DNA of 63,850 bases, the filler included, from Octopus bimaculoides (Eukaryota), in NCBI RefSeq assembly GCF_001194135.2. It is 5 parts of 4 records of this genome, joined end to end, with 100 filler letters (N's around TTAATTAATTAA, not from the genome) between each part and the next. Parts side by side here need not be neighbours in the genome. Positions count along the whole stretch, not along the records: positions 31,978 to 43,174 come from NC_068990.1; positions 43,275 to 54,705 come from NC_068990.1; 3 more parts are not named here. One strand, given 5' to 3'. Positions 40,556 to 52,399 of this stretch are shown in pieces. The number at the start of each line of letters is the position of its first letter. Position 1 is the stretch's first letter. The position numbers and the translations under genes are program-made. Below the pieces are notes generated by a model. That model was given only the letters and a program-made list of their open reading frames with translations, was not told the DNA's origin and did not search any database.

Positions 40556-40591
40556 CTTTTACGTTTCGGGCTTACGCTCTTCAACAGAAAG
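40556..40591 (-). ncRNA. Minimal hammerhead-like motif (Penelope-type), variant core
   Basis: Minus strand CUUU-CUGUUGA-A-GAGC-GUAA-GCCC-GAAA-CGU-A-AAAG. Stem I is CUUU/AAAG, the palindromic ACGU is present, and core A6 is replaced by U. Confidence 0.45.
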
Positions 40592-41695
40592 GAATAAGAG
40601 AAAATAAACAGAGAGCGAAAATGAAAAAAATCTTGGAGATTTCAGCGGTTCACCACTTATGTATATATTCTTGCCCACAAACAACGGATTTTTATAATTT
40701 TATGATGGATAGGAATCAAAACAATTATATGTAACTTTTATTTGATATTTATTATATATTATATTATATTATTAAAAAAATATGATATAATATAATATTA
40801 TGTTAATAAATTTTAATTTTTGAATTGACAGTTGTATATCTCCATTTCTCTTTCAATTATATATATATANNNNNNNNNNNNNNNNNNNNNNNNNNNNNNN
40901 NNNNNNNNNNNNNNNNNNNNNNNNNNNNNNNNNNNNNNNNNNNNNNNNNNNNNNNNNNNNNNNNNNNNNNNNNNNNNNNNNNNNNNNNNNNNNNNNNNNN
41001 NNNNNNNNNNNNNNNNNNNNNNNNNNNNNNNNNNNNNNNNNNNNNNNNNNNNNNNNNNNNNNNNNNNNNNNNNNNNNNNNNNNNNNNNNNNNNNNNNNNN
41101 NNNNNNNNNNNNNNNNNNNNNNNNNNNNNNNNNNNNNNNNNNNNNNNNNNNNNNNNNNNNNNNNNNNNNNNNNNNNNNNNNNNNNNNNNNNNNNNNNNNN
41201 NNNNNNNNNNNNNNNNNNNNNNNNNNNNNNNNNNNNNNNNNNNNNNNNNNNNNNNNNNNNNNNNNNNNNNNNNNNNNNNNNNNNNNNNNNNNNNNNNNNN
41301 NNNNNNNNNNNNNNNNNNNNNNNNNNNNNNNNNNNNNNNNNNNNNNNNNNNNNNNNNNNNNNNNNNNNNNNNNNNNNNNNNNNNNNNNNNNNNNNNNNNN
41401 NNNNNNNNNNNNNNNNNNNNNNNNNNNNNNNNNNNNNNNNNNNNNNNNNNNNNNNNNNNNNNNNNNNNNNNNNNNNNNNNNNNNNNNNNNNNNNNNNNNN
41501 NNNNNNNNNNNNNNNNNNNNNNNNNNNNNNNNNNNNNNNNNNNNNNNNNNNNNNNNNNNNNNNNNNNNNNNNNNNNNNNNNNNNNNNNNNNNNNNNNNNN
41601 NNNNNNNNNNNNNNNNNNNNNNNNNNNNNNNNNNNNNNNNNNNNNNNNNNNNNNNNNNNNNNNNNNNNNNNNNNNNNNNNNNNNNNNNNNNNNNN

Positions 41696-41737
<42 letters not shown>

Positions 41738-42289
41738 GCTTTCTGAAAGCCAGCAGTTTTTAGGCAAGGTTTATAGTCAAAACCACCAATGGCTGCACAC
41801 GACAGGCTTAAATTATACCCTTGCAAGTTTTTAGAATACGGCCACCGCGGAGTGATTACTAACAAAAAGCTAGTCAAAACGTGGAGAGACACGACCAGTA
41901 AGACTTCAGTACCGACGGCTATATACAGCAGCGATATGAACATATAAGCTCTTCACTTTTGTCCAGGAGCCCAACAGCTCATAAAACTGGGCTAACTAGA
42001 GCTCTGTCTTATGCTTCAGGCCGTGAGAAAATTTAAAGAAAAATTGATTGTTCGTACGTAACATGTAAAGTTATATCCGGTGTTTGAAAATACGGGAATA
42101 ATTGTTTTATGTAAAATACCGATTACATTTCTTGTATAGAGTAGGAAATATTTTTATAAGTAAGAGAAAAAAAATGTGTATGCACACATAAATACATACA
42201 CACAAATATATATATATATATATATTCATCCAGTCATACGTACGCATGTGTGTGTATGTGTGTATGCGAGCGTGCGTCAAGGCACGTGG

Positions 42290-42490
42290 CCTATTCCTTC
42301 TCGGTTTCAATATTCTTAGAGCGGTGGTGCGTTGTGTTCTTGAGCAAACACTTCGTTCCACTTTGCTCCAGTTTACTCAGTTGTAAATAGGTAGACCTAG
42401 GACGCAGTGGTATTTTGTTCAGGAGGAATGGTGGCCTGCATGTCTAGCCAGCGGGATAGCATCATTCGAAGGCTTTGACCATGCGTTTCC
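42290..42490 (+). mobile_element. Family C SINE, diverged
   Basis: GTGTTCTTGAGCAAACAC...TGCTCCAGTTTACTCAG resembles the central domain of 33157-33497. Confidence 0.55.
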
Positions 42491-42534
42491 TCGCATTATG
42501 ACCATGTGACAAGCTATGTATAATGTGTGCATGC

Positions 42535-42569
<35 letters not shown>

Positions 42570-43174
42570 TGTGTGTGTGTATGTGTATGTGTGTGTGCAC
42601 GCGCGTGTTATTGTTTTTATACGCCTGTGTCAGAACATTCCTTGAAAGTTCATCAGATTCATATTCGTTTAATAATAATATTACAAGAGGAACGTTACAC
42701 ATAAGCTGGTACTTCAGCACATTCGACAATTAGCCTGATAATTTATTCAGATGAAATCTTCCCAAGGCGTTGGATCGTGAGACGAGGTTCTGTTTTTTGC
42801 CTTTTTAGATCACAAGACCAGATGTTTATATATATATGCATATGTATATATTGTATATATACGTCTATATATATACATATATGCATATGCATATATATAT
42901 ATTTGCATATATATATATATATATACGTATATATTTACACGCGCAAACACACACACACACATATATAACGCAATTAAAATTAGGGTTTAGCAAAAATTGC
43001 TTCACCACACACCGAAATTAGAAATAGTAGTTAAAACTACTATTTCACTACCATAATATCTCTCCCAGGGAGAACCCTAATTTTCATGTTTACAATTATA
43101 AAACTTTTGTATAAGTATACCGATAATGGATTTTTAACACACCGAACTACTTGGTAAAATTACTAATTATTAAT

Positions 43175-43274
43175 NNNNNNNNNNNNNNNNNNNNNNNNNN
43201 NNNNNNNNNNNNNNNNNNTTAATTAATTAANNNNNNNNNNNNNNNNNNNNNNNNNNNNNNNNNNNNNNNNNNNN
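43175..43274. other. Artificial scaffold-joining spacer
   Basis: 44 N + TTAATTAATTAA (43219-43230) + 44 N. Confidence 0.95.
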
Positions 43275-43408
43275 TTCCGTCTACCAAGTTCATTTACAAG
43301 GTTTTGTTTGGCCCGAGGCTATAGTAGAAGACACTTGCCCAAGGTGCCACGCAAAGGGACTGAACCCGGAACCATGTGGGTGGGAAGCAAGCTTCTTACC
43401 ATACAGCA
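43275..43408 (-). mobile_element. Family B SINE head
   Basis: GGCCCGAGGCTATAGTAGAAGACACTTGCCCAAGGTGCCACGC...GGGACTGAACCCGGAACCATGTGG. Well preserved. Confidence 0.9.
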
Positions 43409-43908
43409 AGACAAAGATGGATGGATGGATGGATGGATGGATGGATGGATGGATGGATGGATGGATGGATAAAGCTGTGTACATTTATATTTAACACATT
43501 TGGTGTGAAAACGCACCGAGCTTGGCTATCAATGACATTATCAGACAGTAGGACACGTGCTCCTGCGTCGATATGCTTTGTCAGCATTTTATTTCTTTTC
43601 CTGTCTCGATAATGTGAAATAGTAGAAGGAAGGGAGACAGAAGAAAGAGATGTGGCTTCAGAGAAGATGATGATGATGGTGAAACGAATAGCTGTACTTG
43701 GTGAGGTGAAGTAAAGATTGTCAGGAGTAGTTTTGGAGGAGGAAAGAATGAGAAAGACAAGAAACAATGAAGGAAATATGGAGAAAGAATGAGACACCGG
43801 GAGGCGAGAAAAATCTAATTCATCAAACGCACACGCAAACTTTAACACATGCATGCATACACATTCTTACATACATATACATGCATATATATGTCCCCGT
43901 TAATTTTA

Positions 43909-43951
<43 letters not shown>

Positions 43952-44620
43952 TATGTGTGTATATATATATACGCACACACGCATGTACATATGTATACAT
44001 ATATACATATACACATATATATACATATAGATNNNNNNNNNNNNNNNNNNNNNNNNNNNNNNNNNNNNNNNNNNNNNNNNNNNNNNNNNNNNNNNNNNNN
44101 NNNNNNNNNNNNNNNNNNNNNNNNNNNNNNNNNNNNNNNNNNNNNNNNNNNNNNNNNNNNNNNNNNNNNNNNNNNNNNNNNNNNNNNNNNNNNNNNNNNN
44201 NNNNNNNNNNNNNNNNNNNNNNNNNNNNNNNNNNNNNNNNNNNNNNNNNNNNNNNNNNNNNNNNNNNNNNNNNNNNNNNNNNNNNNNNNNNNNNNNNNNN
44301 NNNNNNNNNNNNNNNNNNNNNNNNNNNNNNNNNNNNNNNNNNNNNNNNNNNNNNNNNNNNNNNNNNNNNNNNNNNNNNNNNNNNNNNNNNNNNNNNNNNN
44401 NNNNNNNNNNNNNNNNNNNNNNNNNNNNNNNNNNNNNNNNNNNNNNNNNNNNNNNNNNNNNNNNNNNNNNNNNNNNNNNNNNNNNNNNNNNNNNNNNNNN
44501 NNNNNNNNNNNNNNNNNNNNNNNNNNNNNNNNNNNNNNNNNNNNNNNNNNNNNNNNNNNNNNNNNNNNNNNNNNNNNNNNNNNNNNNNNNNNNNNNNNNN
44601 NNNNNNNNNNNNNNNNNNNN

Positions 44621-44652
<32 letters not shown>

Positions 44653-45030
44653 TTTACATGTATTTATGTATGTATATATACATGTGTGTGTGGGTGCGTG
44701 AGTGCATGAATGTATGTATGTTAAGAAGGTGAACTTATATAAAAAAAATATTGAAGTGCAGTTGGCTTCTGGTTGTCTTAACCTCTGTTCGTACCGCTGG
44801 TTTTATACGTAACTGCGCCGAAAAGAGGGTTCAATGTTGTACCATACTTTATTTGCACACACACACACTCGAACTTCTTGAACTCTCGGAATGTTTGGAC
44901 AGACTACTGAGTATAAGAACTCGGTCGCAAGTTGACTTCTACCATGTACGTATGTATGTTGTATATATGTACATATGTATGAGATACCGGGAGAAGAAAA
45001 GAATCTCATCCACCTAACACACATGCATAC

Positions 45031-45066
<36 letters not shown>

Positions 45067-45257
45067 GTGTGCGCGCGTGTGTGTGTGTGTGTGAATAAGT
45101 GCAGTGCCATAGGGCCTTAACTTCTTACAGGAGTGCTGTCGTAATATGCACTTTAGGCAGAGCCAATCTCCCACCAGGCCTAACTACAATCGATTTCTTC
45201 CAGGCGAGAAAGTGTAAGAGAAAAAGAAAAATCCACCTCAGTACATGACAGTTACTT

Positions 45258-45385
45258 CAGTTATCGATTCCGATAGGATGAAAGAAGGAGTCGACCTCTG
45301 CGAGATTTGAACTCTGTACACAGAGAACCAGAGTGATTCCCACATACCAATCTACCTGATGCAATAACGATTCTACCAAATGGCC
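45258..45385 (-). mobile_element. Family A SINE (5' half, diverged)
   Basis: TTATCGATTCCGATAGGATGAAAG...GTCGACCTC...TTTGAACTC...AACGATTCTACC. Confidence 0.7.
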
Positions 45386-45445
45386 GAATATGTGTGTGCA
45401 TATTTATGTATGTATGTGTGTATGTGTATACATACATACACACAC

Positions 45446-45496
<51 letters not shown>

Positions 45497-45959
45497 NNNN
45501 NNNNNNNNNNNNNNNNNNNNNNNNNNNNNNNNNNNNNNNNNNNNNNNNNNNNNNNNNNNNNNNNNNNNNNNNNNNNNNNNNNNNNNNNNNNNNNNNNNNN
45601 NNNNNNNNNNNNNNNNNNNNNNNNNNNNNNNNNNNNNNNNNNNNNNNNNNNNNNNNNNNNNNNNNNNNNNNNNNNNNNNNNNNNNNNNNNNNNNNNNNNN
45701 NNNNNNNNNNNNNNNNNNNNNNNNNNNNNNNNNNNNNNNNNNNNNNNNNNNNNNNNNNNNNNNNNNNNNNNNNNNNNNNNNNNNNNNNNNNNNNNNNNNN
45801 NNNNNNNNNNNNNNNNNNNNNNNNNNNNNNNNNNNNNNNNNNNNNNNNNNNNNNNNNNNNNNNNNNNNNNNNNNNNNNNNNNNNNNNNNNNNNNNNNNNN
45901 NNNNNNNNNNNNNNNNNNNNNNNNNNNNNNNNNNNNNNNNNNNNNNNNNNNNNNNNNNN

Positions 45960-46892
45960 AAAAAGTTCGTTTTCTGTTTTCGTCTTTATGTTTTCGTTTC
46001 TCATTGTGTTAAACGTTTTTTGTGATGTCCTGTACCCATATATGCATGTATGTATACATATAGATATAGGTATGTACATATATGTATGGATATATGCATA
46101 TATTTATATATTTTTTATGTTATTATATGATCGAATGCCACGCATCCATTTCCAAGTAAGTTTTATCTTAATAATTTCTACTACGCACTCTACTACTATT
46201 ACTATCTTCCCTGTCTATCTCTCTCCCTCTCTTGTTCTTCATCCTTTCTGTTTTTCTCTCCCAACCCTCCCCTGTTCTTCTCTTCCTTTCACCGTTCCCT
46301 CTCTCTCACTCCTTTTCCTTTACCATCTCGTCTCTGACAGGTGACGAAAGGGATTCTTTCTTTCTACTTCCTGCCTTCCTATAGAGAAGACGTGATTTTT
46401 TTTTTATCTCTCATTCACATCTAACTTCGCGTTCAAAATAATAATTTTTCTACCGTCTTGGCCTAACAGCCTTTACCGTTTGTTTTCACTGTTCTGTCTT
46501 GTTTTTACTGTCTTTTACTGTCTTGTTCTCACAGTCCTGTTCTTGTTTACACTTTCACCCTCCGCAAAAAATTCCAAATTTAATTAATTTGCTTCGTGAG
46601 TAGGACTGTTCCAACGAAGTCGCGTATTGTCCTTGCTTTCGAAACGCGGAGTAAATGGAACAGGGACAACTGAAGAAGAGAAATATTCTTTATGTTGCAT
46701 GTCTTGTTTCTCTGTTTTTTTCGTTGTTCTAATAAAAGTTTGTTTTCTGTCTTCGTCTTTATGTTTTCGTTTCTCATTGTGTTTAACATTTTTTGTGATG
46801 TCCTGTACCCATATATGCATGTATGTATATATAGAGATGTAGGTATGTACATATATGTATGGTTATATGCATATATTTATATATTATTTATG

Positions 46893-46897
<5 letters not shown>
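45960..46897. repeat. Direct repeat pair (~170 bp visible) flanking a pyrimidine-rich interior
   Basis: 45960-46128 and about 46733-46897 align at roughly 90%. The left copy abuts a gap and may be longer. Confidence 0.85.
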
Positions 46898-46943
<46 letters not shown>

Positions 46944-47637
46944 CATACATACATACATACATACATACATACATACATACATACATACATACATACATAC
47001 ACGCATACACATACATATATACACATATTTACAATACATCTAGTGTGTGTATTTTGGCGTGTGTATGTGTTTTGTGATGAATTAATAATCTGCGTGTCTG
47101 TGATGAATTAATAATCAAAGATTTTAATATAAATAAATATGATTTATATACCATTGCTACATAAATCTTGCGGGTATCAAAGCTAATGAAATTGATGTCA
47201 TTTTAATCTGTTACGCCCTCAGTCAAAATGAGTGATCTCATAGCCACGTAATGAATTCCGAGTGAAAGAATTGGTAAATCACTTGTACTTTTATTGATCC
47301 TACATATACGTACGTATAAACTCAGAGAGTAAAAGATGTCGCTAAATATCACTTAAGATTTTGTGTGACATAATTCTACCAGCCACTTGTTAATATAATA
47401 CATAATCTCTAAAATAAGCAGAAACCCACGAGATTGTACAAGAGCGAGTAGCCGATTAAATAGACCCTAGTGACTGTTACTATATATTTCATTAAGCCAC
47501 ACCCTGGTCGGATAAAAGGCAAAGACGTCCACTGAGAGGAGTTGAACGCAAGACGTAAAGTAACCTATCTGAAAATGCATGTGAGACATTTTCTTCTTCG
47601 CTCTATTGACTTCGTCAGTCCACCGCCCTTCTATTAT

Positions 47638-47691
<54 letters not shown>

Positions 47692-47695
<4 letters not shown>

Positions 47696-48243
47696 GCTCT
47701 GATGCAGTATCAGGCAGTGACTCTCATGGCTTCTGATCTTAACTGACTGGAAGTGTTATCATGTACATTGTTTTGCCTTGGTATAAAAGATGAGCTACAG
47801 CAAATATTCTGTTCAATACCACCGATTTGCTTGTCAGTTGCTTGACCCTAACTAGTTGAGCACGTCCATTAGTGGCTGACGATATGTGCATTTCTGATCA
47901 CGAGCAGAAGTAGTGGGGAAGCATCATAGCCATGTGTTGAGAGGAATTCTTTGGGATTTGGATAATTTACCTTTGGAAACATGGGTGTTTTGTTCGACAT
48001 CCTTAAAAAACCCTTATTCAGGGACCTTTTGAACGGGATGGGCTACTCGACCTGAAGAAAATTCTAACTATGCCCCCACCAGCAAGGTCGTGCGTAGTTT
48101 ATCATGATATGAGATCTCTATGTCGCGCACATATGGTTGTGATGCATCTGCCTGGTATATCTTTATCGGACGGGTAGTCATGATGGATATACTGGGCTTC
48201 GTATATTTTACCCCAGTAACTTTGAGGGCATGCACTCTCACTC
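47692..48243. mobile_element. Unclassified ~550-bp non-coding element bounded by (TAA)n
   Basis: Complex sequence between (AAT)n at 47640-47691 and AATAATAAT/ATT repeats at 48244-48280. There is no ORF. The classification as an interspersed repeat is from recall only. Confidence 0.45.
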
Positions 48244-48282
48244 AATAATAATTATTATTATTATTATTATTAATATTATTAT

Positions 48283-48483
48283 CCTTTCTACTAAGGCACA
48301 AGGTCTGACATTTTGTGGGAGGAGACTAGTCGATTACATCGACCCCAGTGTTTCACTGATACTTAGTTTATCGGCCCCGAAAGGATGAAAGGCAAAGTCG
48401 ACTTGGCGGAATTTGAACTCAGAACGTAAAGACAAGCAAAATGCTGCCCGCCGTGTTAACGATTCTGCTAGCTCGCCGCCTTA
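48283..48483 (-). mobile_element. tRNA-derived SINE, family A
   Basis: GGCACAAGG...GTCGATTACATCGACCCCAGTG...CCCGAAAGGATGAAAGGCAAAGTCGAC...TTTGAACTCAGAACG...GCTCGCCGCCTT. Confidence 0.9.
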
Positions 48484-48499
48484 GCAATAACAATAATAC

Positions 48500-50375
48500 T
48501 AAGCCAAACCATAGTAATGGGATGAGCTAATCTAAAAACATAAACATCAAACGAGGCATCTTTCAAGGTGACTCTCTCTCCCCGTTACTCTTTTGCATGG
48601 CATTGATCCCATTCTCAAACGAACTGAATAACACCAGGTATGGATTCAAAGTTTATAACGCTATAATAAACCATGGACCTGAAGCTGTTTGCTAGAAATG
48701 ACGAAGAGCTAGTAGGGCTGCTAACAACTGTTAAAGAGTTCAGCAATAACATCGGGAGGGATTTTGAGCTTGATAAGTGTGCTAAAGCAACTTTTGTAAG
48801 CGGCAAGCTCTGGCAAGCAGCTTCCATTAAATTAGATACTGACGCTACTATCAAGGAGCTTGACCCACAAGAAAATTATAAATACATGAGGATAAACGAA
48901 AGAGATGGTATACAACATGCCACCATGATGGGAAAAATAAGAAAGAAGTATTCCAGGAGAATAAAACATACTAAAAACTGAACTCAACTCCAAAAATTTC
49001 ATCAAAGCCATTAACACTATGGCACTTTCAGTAGTCCAGTACAGTTATAATATCATTAACTGGAATCATACAGAGTTCAAACGCCTGGACAGGAAGACAA
49101 GAAAACTACAAACATCTAAGAATATGCTCCACTCAAAAGCAGACGTTGATCGTATGAACCTACCTAGAAATAATGGAGGAAGAAGAATGATGCAGGTAGA
49201 GCTGTGCTATAAGACCTCCACAGTAGCAATGAACAGGTACTTATCTAGTACAGAGGATTGGATGCTGCGGCTTGTATGCAAACACGAAAGCAGTAAAAAA
49301 TCACATTCTATTGTCAAGGAAGTATGCAAATTCGCAAGGGAACTTGGCATTAACCCTGAATTAGATGAAGAACTTGAAACCACTTTCCCAAAACAAGGAA
49401 ATCGGATCGAGCAGGCTGCAAAAAAGAACGGGCAGAAACAAATTGAGGAACGGTGGAGCCAGGAGCCTCTGCAAAGACAGTATATACTTCGAAGTCGAAA
49501 TTTTGATGTAGACCAAGCAACAACCCATCAGTGGCTAAGAAGTTCAGGACTGAAAGCAAAGACTGAAGGTTTCATATTGGTGGCACAAGATCAAAGCCTG
49601 CTTACCAAAAACTAACAGGTTAACGTTCTTCAAAACGGTTCTGACCCTAAATGCAGATTCTGCGACATATTTAACGAAACAATAGACCCATCTTGTCTCG
49701 GGATGTCCTATGCTGACACCAAACGAATACAAAAATCCCCACGATAGGGTAGGACAGTATTTACATTGGAAAGCATGTAAATACTACAAAATCGGCACTC
49801 CTGCTTACTGGTATGAACATCACTGAGCCGGTCGTTGAAGGTAAACATGTCACTATCCTCTGGGATTTTCCAGTCAACACCAGCAGAACGAACCATGCTA
49901 ATCGACCATACATAGTCATTAAGGACAGGAAAGAAAATACTTGTAGACTAATAGATGTAAGTGTTCCCACTGATAAAAATATATCTCTAAAGGAATTTGA
50001 CAAATTAAGTACATATAAGGACCTGGAAATCGAAATACAAAAGATGTGGCATCTTCAGTCGAGAAGTGTTCCTGTTATTGTAGGTGCCCTAGGTGTGATA
50101 AAACAAGATGTCAGAAAAATCAAGATAACATCTCAGGAGAATCATGTCTCAGAAAAATCCAAAAGATTGTGCTGACAAGTACTGCCCACATCCTAAGAAA
50201 AACCCAATCAATTTAAATGTCTGTGTTGTATTACATGAAGATAATTCGCTACTGTTCCTGCCACTTCCCCTCCCCAAGCCTTCAGTCTTATCCTTCACTT
50301 GCCCTGTGACGCAGAGTGTGCCTCGACAAGTGATTGCAACAAACCGCTAAGTTACGGAGACCTAAAATTAAAGTT
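48500..50375 (+). mobile_element. 5'-truncated R4/Dong-clade LINE (RT C-half, CCHC, RLE, 3' UTR), decayed
   Basis: KRGIFQGDSLS, DLKLFARND, KCAKATF, YKYMRINE, DRKTRKL, ADVDRMNLPRNNGGR, WLRSSGLKAKTEGFILVAQDQ, KCRFCD..ETID, TILWDF, NRPYIVI...LIDVSVP, VPVIVGALG, QKIVLTSTAHILRK. Confidence 0.93.
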
Positions 50376-50672
50376 ATTTATATTACGTTTATAATTTTAG
50401 TTTAACCTTAAACTACGTTTAAATTGTATTTTAAACGAAAGATTCGTTAAAATAAGATTTGCATTTAATATTTCTGTTAGCTTATATTCTAATAAACGTA
50501 AAGTTAATAATGTCACATTTATAATTTTCGATAAGATTAGTATTACATTTCTTTTTAATAATATTGTTTAAGATTTTTCTATCTTGATATAATAAGTATT
50601 TTTATATACATTCATTTGTTATTTATTGTTGGTTGATATATACATTCCTTTTATTATCATTATTATTATTAA

Positions 50673-50736
<64 letters not shown>

Positions 50737-50992
50737 GTATTTTGACCTAAAGATTAGCTATATTTTTTAATAGAATTGATTTTCGATTGATATAATCGAT
50801 TTGAATATATTTTATTTTCTATTTGAAAACTTGGTTATGAAACACGTGTAGTCGTTTTAGTATTATTATTTTATGATTTTTACTTTGTATTTTATTATAC
50901 TTATTTATCATGTATTTACTTATTAATCTTTTCTATATGTGACTGTGGATTTTCATGGATGAGTTCATGAACTTTGGTTCTTTTCTCTAAAT

Positions 50993-51039
<47 letters not shown>

Positions 51040-51540
51040 CAAAATAGGACGAAAACGCAAAACATTCAGACAGTTAGGTGATACAAGAAAGGGACAACAA
51101 AACATCCAGATAGACGATACAAAGAAAACAAGGACAGATCATTCGGAGTTTTCTTTTATCAGTCGAGTTCCAGATAATCTTTGCAATTTCGGCTGGTTAT
51201 ACTCGAGATTGCTTTGCATGCATGCATATACACGCACATTCACACATATATGTAGTTCGGTAGCAGAGATATTGAAGAGGGCAACTCCTTTGTAGGGTCT
51301 AAAGTTTTGAACGGAATTTTATAGGTGATATTCACGTATGAAACATTGTAATTAAGCTGTAAACAATAAACTCCACAGACTTTTCCTGCATTCCTTGGCA
51401 AAATCACGAAAATTAATAACTTTTAATATATGTGTGAATCATGGTCATTTTTAACAAAACTGGCTCACCAGCGATTTAATACACTAATAGTTAGAGAAAT
51501 TTTCAACAATTAAATAATTTCTTATTATTTTAACCTCAAT

Positions 51541-51722
51541 AGGCGCAGTCGTGGCTTTGTGGTAAGAAGCTTGCTTCCCAGCCACGTGGTTCAGTGCTCA
51601 GTCCCACTACGTGGAACCTTGGGCAAGTGTCTTCAACTATAGCCTCGGGCCGACCAAAGCCTCGTGAGTGGATTTGGTAGACAGAAACTGAAAGAAGCCC
51701 GTCGTATAAATATATATATATT

Positions 51723-51754
<32 letters not shown>

Positions 51755-51875
51755 TGTATGTATGTTTGTGTGTCTGTGTTTTCCCCCTACCATCGCTTGA
51801 CAACCGATGTTGGTATGTTTAGGTCCCTATAAATTAGCGGTTCGGCAAAAGAGACCGATAGAAAAAATACTAGAA
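51541..51875 (+). mobile_element. tRNA-derived SINE, family B (near full length)
   Basis: GGCGCAGTCGTGGCTTTGTGGTAAG (A-box-like), CTCAGTCCC (B-box-like), CCTTGGGCAAGTGTCTT (similar to the MIR CORE start), internal TA/TATG repeat, CATCGCTTGACAACCGATG...GCGGTTCGGCAAAAGAGACCGATAG. Confidence 0.92.
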
Positions 51876-51900
51876 ATTTATACAGTAGCAGTATGATAAA

Positions 51901-52185
51901 GTGATGGTATGTTGTCAACTTAATGTGACAGTCCCATGGAAGGGAAGAATGCTACTGCTATTTAGCCCCAGGAAACACCGTTTCCAGCTGATGATGATCA
52001 ATGACTCTGAAACTAGTCTCTGGATGCTGGCTTTGCTCGGTGGAGGTGCTTATCTCCCCTTTGAAAACATATGGACACAGGAAATGTGTCATGGCCAGCT
52101 TGAAACGGTGTTTCCTGGGGCTAAATAGCAGTAGCATTCTTCCCTTTCATGGGACTGTCACATTAAGTTGACAACATACCATCAC
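51901..52185. mobile_element. MITE with 90-bp TIRs (285 bp)
   Basis: 51901-51990 versus rc of 52096-52185 has 2 mismatches in 90 bp, with a 105-bp non-coding spacer. Confidence 0.88.
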
Positions 52186-52399
52186 ATTTTCATATTATAT
52201 CTTTGAATATGCCGTCATTTTTTACGGCACGAGTATATTAGTGATAATAATAATAACAACAACAACAATAATAGCAACAACAACGACGACGATGTCGATG
52301 ACCACAATGACGACGACGACGACGACGACGATGATGGTGATGATATTCAGTAAGGTTATCTTGATGGCGTTTGGGATTAATAAGTATGGTGTGCTTATC

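Noticed and set aside
43021-43046. 12-bp perfect hairpin GAAATAGTAGTT-AA-AACTACTATTTC
   Set aside because: It is short, AT-rich and lies in repeat-like sequence, with no functional context.
46600-46690. Possible type II hammerhead (TTTC-GAAACG...CTGAAGA-AGAG)
   Set aside because: Stem I cannot pair and stem III is only 2 bp without the ACGU palindrome.
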